Source: Octopus sinensis (lineage: Eukaryota). From it: a stretch of DNA of 64,000 nucleotides. Below, piece after piece: positions 50,705 to 64,000 of the stretch; within the stretch, counting starts at the first letter, position 1, and the number at the start of each line of letters is the position of its first letter. Where the stretch lies: NCBI RefSeq assembly GCF_006345805.1, contig NC_042999.1, forward strand, positions 34,410,001-34,474,000, read 5' to 3'. The notes below the pieces were generated by a model that did not search any database, was not told the origin of the DNA, and was given only the letters and a program-made list of their open reading frames with translations. The position numbers and the translations under genes were made by a program.

Positions 50705-53700
50705 ATTTCTGCTCCAAGGATGTAGCCATGCAGATGATATAAGTATGTGTATGCGCGCGCGGGTGTGTGTGTGTGTATGTGTGTGCGTTTATGTAGATAT
50801 GTATCTATATACATAAGCATAATGTGACGCTTTATACCTATTCCATTTTTTCAGCTATCCAATCACATACATTCTGTCGCCGCTGTCCTTCCTTCTGTTA
50901 GAGAAAAAAATTCAATTTGGATGGAGACGTGTTTTAAAAGATAAGTTACGTCATACCACTAGATTCTCTCATACTCTGACATTAGTATTTAGACTACAAC
51001 TAAAATTGAAATGAATTATGATGTCACCTGTTGATATTCATATATTGTCAAGATCTGTTGAGATAGCAATTTTAATAGAGGGTTGTTATTTTAACTGAAA
51101 TACTTATATTTTTAATACAATGATTGAGTTGTAACTATAACATTATAGTTGATCATTTAAAAAACTCCTTAAAAGATGCATGAAAAAATTCTCAATTGTT
51201 TGAGAATGTGAAGTATATCATTATATTGAAAGTATTTTTCAAATATAAATATCTGTTCCATTATTGCCTACAATCCATTAAAAGAAGCTATTTAGTTACA
51301 AGTGACAAGTTTTTTTTTACGTTATCAGATTGCTATTTTCTTATTATTAAGAATTATTTTCCTGGAATATTCAATTATTTCTCTTTATAAAGTAAAAGCA
51401 ATCAACACGAAAACACACTGGGAATATTACGTAAAATCCATTCATATATATATACACATACAAAATGTGTGTGCACATGTGTGTCTACACCTGTGTCTAC
51501 AGATGTGTGTGTCTATATGTGTCTGTCTGTGTGTCTGTGTGAGTGCATGTGAGTGTGCATAATTTTTTATTTATACACTCGCACAATCTCTCCCGCAGGC
51601 GCGCGCGCGCGCACACACACACACACACACACGCACAGACACACACATATACGTATCTGTCGTTAAAATGTAATAGTATTGGACTTGTCCAGCGTCCCCC
51701 AATTGCAGATGATGAAATGGCCTCGCGATATGCATCCTAACTACGAACATGCAAAAACACCAAATTTGTGGTTTGTAAGGAGCTACACAGCAAGACTTGC
51801 AGACTCACCATGGGGCAGAGATGAAAAAAGAATAAGTTGCAATGGACATTGCAATTACATTTCTTAGAATCTGGAAGTATCTTGCCAGAAATATACATAT
51901 AGCTTTACTAATAATTGTTGTGATCGTTTTAAAGAGTAGAGGCTTCAAATGTTCAGATAGTCTTTTTTCATAATTGTGATGCCTACACACACTCGAGATC
52001 CTGTCTATAAAATTTATGATAAAATCTACGCAATCATCTCGCATATATTTTCTAGGAAGCTACTTCAAACAATAAGTTCTCCCTATTCTTATCCAACATT
52101 AAGGTAGGAAGAAACTCATCTAAATAATTTTACGATTCTGGAACGACAGAACTATTTTGAATGCAATCAAATCTGGAACGCCCGAAGAAGGAGCTGCCAT
52201 GATTCACAGGAAATTGATATGTGGTGTATTAAATAGTGTTGTACTGAGAGAGCAATGATGGTTGCAAAAATATATTTACAGCTCGTTCTCAAAACATGGC
52301 GATGCTCGAACGGAGTGAAAGTGTTGTTGATTTACTTAGTTCTTTACATTGCTCAGGAAAATGGTGTTGCTTTCTGTTGCTATGCTCAATAGGATTCTGA
52401 AGATGAGATTAACATGGCAGAGATTTTGTTAATTTTAATGAATTTGCTTCAAATTTGTAAAGGCGCTAAATATGAAGGACGATTACTGCCATTTACTACG
52501 TACTCACCAAAGTACAGCAACAGATACGCCGCTCACCTCAAATGATTTTTAATGCCAGACAGGAGAGACATTTTTCAAGTATAAGAAATGGTGAAACATC
52601 ATTTTAATACGGAAAATGTCAGCTCCCTTAAGCATCTTTTACCAGCTCTCTGCATCAAATATTATTCAGTGCTAAAACAGCTCTCCCGACTACCGGAAAT
52701 ACGAACTTACAGCAGTACGGGTCCACTGATGAAGCCCGCTCCATAGGTCACACATTTTTTGTGAGACTGTAATGCAAGAATATTGGCAGAAATTCAATAG
52801 AAAAAAGTGCTTGTCAGCATGAAAATTCCAAAGAGTAATGTGTGATTTTAGGGAATATGTATAAGCGTCTAATATTTGTCTACATTGCACGAGTAAATAC
52901 TTTCTGTGAGCAATTAGATGAAACACCCTACAAAACAGAAGTCTTAAAGAATCAACTCACAAAATATAGGTGTTTGGATAGATTTCTGGGGGTAATTAGA
53001 AGAAATCCACAATGGTCATTATTTCGGAAGCGATAGTTTGGCCTCATTTCCGACCATTCATGGAGTAAGTCAAATTTCTCTAGCCGCTGAAACGTGACTT
53101 GCACAACCTCTTTGTTCTGTGCTTGTAAACATGGCGTCTCAGCGCACGTCGACGGGAAATTTTACACACAGAAACGGAAAAGAAGATAGTGGTCAATTGA
53201 AACCATTTCAGAAACGCTCAACTGAAAATAATTACCATTTTCTCATTCACAAACTTCTTTTGACTGATCACAGTGCTTTTGTGGAGGTTCATTTAGTAAA
53301 AGACTTTCAGAAAATAACACATCATATTGGATGTCTGGTGCCATCCCATGGACTACTAATTATCGCACCAGATATTGAATTCTTGTGTCAACGTGAACCT
53401 AAAATGCTGTAGCACCTCAAGACAGCCTGTTTGCAATTTATCATAAAGGGCACATATTTATGGTGTACAAATTCTGATGAAACAGCAAAACCAAAGGGGT
53501 GCTTTATTGCGTCTGATTTGTAATCCTTCACTTTCAGAAAGATCACTTCGTTGGTGACTTGTGCAGAGCACCTAGTAATTGAAAACTAATGTAATACCTG
53601 CTCTAACACATGAGGCATATACTGTAATAAACTGATACATTCTTTGTTTGAGAATGTATCTACGTGATCTGATACTGAATGATAAAAGGCAAATATGTTG

Positions 53701-53933
53701 ATTTAAATATTAGGTTAAACCTTGCTTCGAATAATCTTCAACATACGATCCATCTAACAATGAAAAAGCTTACAATCACTAAAAAAATTTAGGTAATGCA
53801 GAGCAGGTCAACCAGTTATTACATAGTAGCAACTCAACTAAATTTTGCTGAGTGCTTATTTGACTTCTATTCATGTTTAAACACACACGCACACACATGC
53901 ACACGTATATACCTACATGCATATGTCTGAAAG

Positions 53934-54012
<79 letters not shown>

Positions 54013-54016
54013 GAGA

Positions 54017-54215
54017 CCGCGTGTGTATCGTTGGCGATTTTCTTTCTTCGTCTTCCCTCTCTTGGACCTTTCCTTTTTTCTATGTTTCTGACGAAGATTT
54101 CCGTTCGAAATGTTAACTCATCCTCCTTTCTTCCCTTCCCTGAGCGTCCAATAACACTATACTTGTTCCACGTCCTCGCGTTGTTGTGTTTTTTCTTTGT
54201 GTTTTCATGTTTGGA
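54017..54215 (+). mobile_element. Short PLE-like repeat with decayed minimal hammerhead (54084-54118)
   Basis: gttt-CTGACGA-agatttccgttc-GAAAT-GTT-aac. GAAAC appears mutated to GAAAT, consistent with CpG decay. Confidence 0.55.
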
Positions 54216-54231
54216 TTAACTATATATATAC

Positions 54232-54300
<69 letters not shown>

Positions 54301-55199
54301 GAACGACATACAGACAGTGACAGAAAGGGAGAGAGAGGGAGAGGAGAAAAATCAGATGCATACACATACTGCATACATTATAAAGAAACTGCGATTGAGA
54401 TCTATTTTAAACCACTACGCATCAAAAATATGTTAAATAACGATTTGAAAGTCTTTAATTCTACCAAAGAGAAACGTGGAAGCAAGACGTAACGACTATA
54501 CACTATTTGATGAAAATAGGTTATATATTAAAAGCTTTTACAGCATAAAAATTAGTAACTGTCGATGACCCAGTCAGAAGAAGATGCAGGTAACCAAATG
54601 TAATTGTATGACAAAGTGACCTGTCCCATTAACAAAAAGCACTTAGCAAGAACGATTACATTTGGACTAAAGGCAACATTTAAGGATGGTGGGAATACAG
54701 AAAAAAAAATAATATTATTGGCGTTTGCAAGACAGCAATAAAATGTGTTTCTGAACTATAACTCCATTTTGAAAGAACCAAAGGCACAGCACCAATGCAT
54801 TTAGATTAATATGTATGACAATGCGTTCCATATACTTTCTAATTCGAGAAAAACTTAATCTTAGAACATAGTACAATTTATCCCAGTGTAAAGAGATATA
54901 TGCTGCAAATAAATTTTATATATGAACAGAATAGGCTAATAACTTCAACAATAACGGGATTAAAGTCAAAATTTTGTCATAAAAAGATAATCTAACTCCG
55001 ATCAGCGTAAGCGAAGGATTTGCGTAGGTTGTCGACTGAGCAATTTCTGAACACCCACATACCATCATGCCATTTACAATGGGAGAGTCCACTAGAAATA
55101 TATACATGTATGTATGTGTATATATAAACATGTATACATATATATGTGTATGTATACACACACACACACACACACACAGACACACACGCATATATATAT

Positions 55200-55295
<96 letters not shown>

Positions 55296-55455
55296 GAAGG
55301 CGTGGCTGTGTGGTAAGAAGCTTGCTTCCTAACCACATGGTTCTGTATTCAGTCCCACTTTCTGGTACCATGGACAAGTATATTCTACTATAGCCTCGGA
55401 CTGATCGAAACCTTGTGAGTGGATTTGATCGACGGAAACTGAATGAAGCGCGTCG

Positions 55456-55487
<32 letters not shown>

Positions 55488-55705
55488 TGGGGGGTTTGTG
55501 TGTATGTGTATGTGTATGTTCGTGTGTGTGTGTGTGTGCGTGTGTGTGCGTGTGTGTTTGTCCCCATCATCGCTTTACAACCGATACTGGTATGTTTTCT
55601 TCCCCGTACCTTAGCGGTTCGGCAAAATTGACCGATAGAATAAGTACTAGGCTTGTAAAGTATATATCCTGGCTACTGTCAAATGACTGAAACAAATAAC
55701 AAAAT
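55296..55705 (+). mobile_element. SINE family B, full length
   Basis: gaaggcgtggctgtgtggtaagaagcttgcttcctaaccacatgg head, internal microsatellite, and tail gactgaaacaaataac. Confidence 0.9.
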
Positions 55706-55786
55706 AAAATAATATATATAAAAAATGAAATTCAAATAAGTTATTATCTATAAAAATAATGATAAAAAGGCCAGAAAACACATATG

Positions 55787-55821
<35 letters not shown>

Positions 55822-55865
55822 GTATATATGAATATGTATGTATATATACATATGTATATATATAT

Positions 55866-56492
55866 AATTACAGGGTAAATGTTTTTTTAATTTTCTCCTG
55901 TTTACGGAATTGATCTTTATTTGCGGTAGAAGCTTTGGCTGTTATTTCTAGTGGGTGAATGGCCTATTATGGCCGTTCCTTAATTGTTAATGTTGAACTT
56001 AAAAATGGTCTATGATTAAAAATGGTCTATGACTATTTAATTTTTTTCCCGCTGGGCCGCTGGTGGCAATAAAATTCTACAAAATTTTCCTTGCCACCCT
56101 ATATTGATTAATTATGAATTTTTTGGTTAATTCCATAATGGAATCGACGGCTGATATTTATTTGCTGCCGATAAATTTGGCGCGAGTGCGACGATTTGAA
56201 AATTTTAGGTCAGATATTGACTTGGCAAGATGGGATATGCCTCGTGTAATTATCTGTCCCGAGAGCTATTTCTTGCTGATGAATCCGAGGGCTTATGGAA
56301 GATTGGCTTGATGTAATTTAATTAGGTTGGTTTACCATTAAACAACGGATGAAACGGTATACCGTACAAGAAATTACAGGGTAAATGTTTTTTTAATTTT
56401 CTCCTGTTTACGGAATTGATCTTTATTTGCGGTAGAAGCTTTGGCTGTTATTTCTAGTGGGTGAATGGCCTATTATGGCCGTTCCTTAATTG

Positions 56493-56497
<5 letters not shown>
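55866..56497 (+). mobile_element. Retrozyme-like / PLE-derived non-autonomous unit: 506-nt monomer plus 126-nt terminal direct repeat, containing a hammerhead
   Basis: 55866-55991 and 56372-56497 appear identical (126 nt). The hammerhead lies immediately upstream of the second copy. (TA)n flanks both sides and there is no coding capacity. Confidence 0.75.
56268..56374 (+). ncRNA. Type I hammerhead ribozyme with intact catalytic core
   Basis: atttcttg-CTGATGA(56276-82)-atccg...cggat-GAAAC(56351-55)-ggtatacc-GTA(56364-66)-caagaaat. Stem I is 8 bp, stem II 5 bp closing a long loop, and stem III is a 12-nt palindrome. Predicted cleavage is after 56366. Confidence 0.88.
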
Positions 56498-56550
<53 letters not shown>

Positions 56551-56573
56551 CAGAGACAGAGAGATATATATAA

Positions 56574-56651
<78 letters not shown>

Positions 56652-56688
56652 TCAATTTCAAAATAAGGGGGTTAGAATGAAAATAACC

Positions 56689-56941
56689 AACAAGGATATC
56701 CAGAAGTAATGCAGTACGATCGTTTCAGGCAACTCCATATAATTAAACAATGCATATATTATATCAATTTAAATGCAGGGAAATCCGCAGCTGCACAATT
56801 ACATGAAATTTTATTAAATTAAAACAGATGAACACATTAGTATACTAATGTCTCCATCTCTTTTAATTTAATGGTTGCAATCTTCATTTAAATTGAGTTG
56901 CGTGAAACGATCGCACTGCATTACCTCTGGATATTCTTGTT
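56689..56941. mobile_element. PLE-like fragment with a 47-nt inverted repeat (56689-56735 / 56895-56941) and a decayed minus-strand hammerhead (56710-56795)
   Basis: Minus strand tgcag-CTGCGGA...GAAAC-gatc-GTA-ctgca: 5-bp stem I, core A6 changed to C, stem II not evident. Confidence 0.55.
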
Positions 56942-57261
56942 TATATATATATATATATATTTGTATTTATGTGCTCTGTATATTCCACTGATGGGGCAAA
57001 GAATTTCTTATGCAAATCCAGAAATCTGGGATCTGGAATTATCCAGTAAGTTTTTGTTAGTTTATTTTGTCTTTTTGTCTTCTCTCCTGGTGCTGTATGA
57101 ACATTTAATGTGGAGTTAGGGTCAAATTTTGGCTGCTATTTCAAGCGTGCTCGTATCTCTTAGATACCCTAAATCATAATTTTAATAATAATTATTACCT
57201 TTGAAAATTTTATTCACATGCTGGCCACTTGATATATTCGATAGTTAAATAACGATATTAG

Positions 57262-57393
<132 letters not shown>

Positions 57394-57542
57394 AAATGAG
57401 AAAATGGAGAAACATACCTAAATCAATCATTAACCATCAGATAATACCCAATCAATACTTTATTAAACCATTACACAACAGCAATGACATTATACATAAT
57501 ATATTACAAATATAACTAGACATAGAAATAGAAATTACATTG

Positions 57543-57658
57543 TAGCTGACAGCTGTTTCGGCCGTGAAGACAGGTATGTCCCATTTAACCTATTAGCCAA
57601 ATAAAGCAGGTATAAATGAGACACTAACAAGAATGTCTCACGGCCTCTTCAGGGAATT
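57543..57658 (-). ncRNA. Hammerhead motif in a PLE-like tail, intact core but unpaired stem I
   Basis: Minus strand CTGAAGA-ggccgtga...tcacggcc-GAAAC-agct-GTC. Stem II is 8 bp and stem III is the palindrome ACAGCTGT; the flanks (aattcc / agctac) do not pair. Confidence 0.6.
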
Positions 57659-57729
57659 TAATGTAAGTATGAAAAAAATTTACATATAAATATAAAAATG
57701 TGTGCATAGACACTCATAATTCTACACAT

Positions 57730-58054
57730 TAAAAAAAAGACTCCGCCGGTTACGACGACGAGGGTCCCAGCTGATACGATCAACGGAACAGCTTGCTCGT
57801 GAAATTAACGTGCAGATGGCTGAGCATTCCACAGACACGTGTACCCTTAACGTAGTTCTCGAGGATAATCAGCGTGACACAGAGAGTGACAAGGCTGACC
57901 CTTTGAAATACAAGTACAACTCATTTTTGCCAGCTGAGTGGACTGGAGCAACGTGAAATAAAGTGTCTTGCTCAAGGACACAACGCGTCGCCGGGAATCG
58001 AACTCACAACCTTACGATCATGAGCCGAGTGCCCAAACCACTAAGCCACGCGCC
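57730..58054 (-). mobile_element. SINE family C (CORE-like), full length with 17-bp TSD
   Basis: A box tggcttagtgg, B box gttcgattcc, tgtgtccttgagcaagacactt. TSD ctcataattctacacat at 57713-57729 and 58055-58071. Confidence 0.92.
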
Positions 58055-58296
58055 CTCATAATTCTACACATATATACACAATAATACAATATAAACAACA
58101 TATATCAATATACGTTAACAAACACAATAATGTTCCATATTGAACTCATAGTTCTATAACCAACATCAAGGAAATACATGTACACTGACATTTAAATTTA
58201 AAGCAGGCATATATATTTAACAGTCCAGTCTATTAAAATGTATAACCACACAAAAAGTCAATAAAATTAATATTAATATTAATAATAATAATAATA

Positions 58297-58338
<42 letters not shown>

Positions 58339-58364
58339 GCATGATTGTACCATGTAAAGCAAGT

Positions 58365-58405
<41 letters not shown>

Positions 58406-58592
58406 AAATTCAAATTTCAATAGGGTATTTAACATAACTTACCACTTGCTTTAAACTACAATTTAGTATTAAAATACACGCGGCTAATACAATTAGTATA
58501 ATAGAAATAGGGTTACCTTCCATGGAATAGAGAAGTAAAGAATTTTGAATTTTGTTTATATTCTACCTTTAAAATGTAAACTTCCTGGCCAC

Positions 58593-60850
<2,258 letters not shown>

Positions 60851-60933
<83 letters not shown>

Positions 60934-60967
60934 GTTGTTGTTGTTATTATTATTATTATTATTATTA
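60851..60967. repeat. (TTA)n microsatellite, 5' flank of the Dong-like element
   Basis: Near-perfect trinucleotide run with a few TTG units. Confidence 0.97.
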
Positions 60968-61803
60968 ATTGTAATAATATCTATTTAATTAAAAATTTTA
61001 TATATATGTGTGTTTGTGTATGAACGTCACCGACAAAGGTTCGCATTGGTGATCTTTAAATTTGGTACGAAGTCTACTTTCTTATTTCAATTGTAGATAA
61101 TACTGCCATGCAAAGAAAATTCTCGCCTATCACACTACTGATTGTATTTCTGTTTGGTTACTGTTTTGACATTTAAAATACGCCTAGCTCGGCTGAACTG
61201 TAACGTTGGCATAGTTACAGATGTTTTAATTTATGTGGCATATTTTCTCGGGATTCAGAGATCAAATTATATCGCATACTGTCAAACTGAAGCTAAGTGT
61301 CAAATTGAACATTAATTTCTGCAACGTTCGTCGCTTATTTCTATGTAGACAGATATTTATGTAGTCATAAACCATTGACAGTATCATGGACAATTTAGTT
61401 TAGAGAAATGTAACTTTAACGCCATAACAAAATTCAACAGCCTACGCGACAGACAATCCTGCCAGTATTTTCAATATCTAGCGATACTACTTAACGTTTT
61501 CTCTTCGTGCTTATATTTCAAATCATTAACATATCATCGCGTGCCAGACGGGAACTGATATAGTTGACAGAGAGAGAGAGAGAGAGAGAGTAGTGGTACA
61601 GTAAGTCGCCAATATCTACTGAAAATAGCAGTCGATACATTCACGGCGCTATTATGAAGTTTCATTGTGTATATACTGGCAAAGACGTGTGAGAGCAGCG
61701 AATATGAAAACTTTCGTCTTAACTCCATGAAGAACCTTAGATAAATGGACATTTATATGTGCGTATGTGTGTATATATATATATATATATTATATATATA
61801 TAT

Positions 61804-61844
<41 letters not shown>

Positions 61845-61859
61845 AATTGTATATATATA

Positions 61860-61920
<61 letters not shown>

Positions 61921-62261
61921 GTATGTATATATATATATGTATGTATATATATATGTATATATGTATATATGTATATATGTATATACAAAAATTAGAAGAC
62001 AAAAAACACCGTTTATCTATTCAAAATGAACAATTAAATTACACCATCTAGAAAATTACATATAATAGAAATATTAAAATTAAAATAACAATAAAATATC
62101 AATGATTAAGTAAATTGCAAAAAAATAATAAAAACGTATTTAATTGGCAGAATAACGACACATGTTTCGTGGCTATATTTAAGAACTGATTATAGTAAAA
62201 AAAATTAATAGTGGTAGTAAATCACATCGATATAAATATAGCCACTCATCAGGTTTATGTG

Positions 62262-62403
62262 TTTACCTGTAAGAAGCTTCCTTCCCAACCAGATGGTTGC
62301 GGATTCATTCCCTCTGCGTGTCACCTTCTGCAAGTGTCTTCCACTGTAGCCGACCAAAGCCTTCTCAGTGGATTTGGTAGACGGAAACTGAAAGAAGCCC
62401 GCC

Positions 62404-62445
<42 letters not shown>

Positions 62446-62650
62446 GTGTGTGTGTGTGTGTATGTGTGTGTATGTGGGTATTTGTGTGTCTGTATTTGTC
62501 CCCACACCATCGCTTCACAAACGATGTTGATATGTTTACGGCCCGCATCTTAACGGTTCGGCAAAAGTTACTTGTTCAATCAAATGCGGTGCTCCAGCGT
62601 GGTCACAGCCAAATGACTGAAACAAGTGCAAGAATACAAGAATAAAAGAA
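62262..62650 (+). mobile_element. SINE family B copy
   Basis: gtaagaagcttccttcccaaccagatgg...ggatttggtagacggaaactgaaagaagcccg-(TA)n(TG)n-...gcggtgctccagcgtggtcacagccaaatgactgaaacaag. Confidence 0.88.
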
Positions 62651-64000
62651 TATATATATATATAAAAAAAGAGAGAGAGAGAGATGCATATCAGATATAA
62701 GCACACACATGGTTAATAACTATTAACACACACTCACATTCGTATATATTTAAAGAAATTATACGCCCACGTTCACACATCATCCTACGCGAACACACAC
62801 TCATGAATGCATATTAAACATGGACGCGCACCCACGCCTATACAACAGGAACAAACTCACCTATTCGCACACACTCACACAATTGATACACACACAACTG
62901 ATATACATCCGCGTAATCACACATACACGATTGATATGCACCAGCATTTAACACGTATACATACAAGCTGCTCTCCCCCACTTCCCAGCTTACACGCATG
63001 CACACACACATGCACTGATATAACAGATACACACGTACAGGCATCAGACAGCACATCCACAGGCTCATGCAGCTTATATACACACGCGCCCACACACAAC
63101 CTTGTCGACCATAAGATGCAACGTCGTTGGAGCTGCACCAAATATTACCCAGGCAGTGATGCACCCCCAGGTTCCTGCCAGTCATGCGGCCCCCCAAAAT
63201 TCTCCTTCTTAAGGGATTTGGTGTCGCTGAATTCGATTTCAGTTCTAATAATACCATGTGACTCGGCTCTGACCAATAGTAGCTCAGTGACCGGTAGTAA
63301 CCTTGAACTTCCTGTGCATCTACATTCGGCCCTCCTGAGGCCGAAAACCTAGGTTTCTTGTAAAGAGCCTACGAAATTTTAAGTTGCATGGGGCCGAATC
63401 AAGTATTTTAAATAACAACATATGTAACTCAAACAGCATGCTGTGTCTGCTTCTTTCTTTTGTTTGTGCACTCCCATTTTTGTATCACCTAAATGTCTTG
63501 ATGTTTCGCGCTCTTGCTCCGTTTTTGTATTTTTTATATATAAAATATGCCGGTGTACGTACACTTTGGTCTCTTATATGTAAGTATATTTATCTAAATT
63601 TTGTACGACTCTATTATTCTTTGTATCATTTCAGTCTTTCCGTCGTTCTATCAACCCTTTCACACTTCGTTCATCCCACTCTTCGTTCTTTCGTTTCCCC
63701 TCTCTCACATTTCCTGGCCTTCTCTTTATACTCACTTTCCCTCCTCTTTCATTTCACAGTGTCTCTTTCATTTTCTCGTCCCTCCTTAATTATTCTATCC
63801 CTCTGCCTCTACCTCCTTCTCTTCTCTCCCCAGGCCTGAGCTTTTTTTCTTGGTTCGACTACCATCCGTACAACATCCATATTCACCACTGTGCCAGTTA
63901 AATCCTATGTTCCTGCCGTAAGGCTTTACTTCCACACACGCCAGCTTAATTTAATTCGTCCTTAGTTGAAAAACACCTGTTGTTATGTCCTGTTATTTGT

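Noticed and set aside
57990-58054. tRNA-like sequence with A and B boxes (also near 49000 and 49650)
   Set aside because: These are SINE heads continuing into SINE bodies. I could not build a complete cloverleaf, so they are not called tRNA genes.
63320-63360. tcggcc/ggccga hairpin followed by GAAAACCTAGGTTT palindrome
   Set aside because: It resembles the 3' half of a hammerhead, but there is no CUGANGA or UUGANAA upstream and no stem I.

Overview
This is AT-rich, microsatellite-dense eukaryotic non-coding DNA. The repeat families resemble those I recall from Octopus (cephalopod) genomes; that taxon call is an inference. I could not support any host protein-coding gene, so the window is probably intronic or intergenic. 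It is almost entirely mobile DNA. (1) A full-length 6,145-bp Helitron (14562-20706, minus strand) with canonical termini and a Rep-PIF1 helicase ORF broken by a single 1-bp insertion; its N-terminus carries nine 23-aa STPR-like repeats. (2) A decayed second Helitron family with an OTU-like protease domain, and a probable non-autonomous Helitron. (3) A 5'-truncated R4/Dong-like RT-RLE retrotransposon embedded in a (TAA)n array. (4) Many Penelope-like element (PLE) pieces, several with hammerhead ribozyme (HHR) motifs. These include one near-perfect HHR in a 506-nt retrozyme-like unit and two HHRs with a compensatory U3-A8 core. (5) Tc1/mariner relics, a MITE carrying TTAGGG repeats, CR1-like and L1/Tx1-like relics, and four tRNA-derived SINE families. 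Most short ORFs in the track are microsatellite artefacts.
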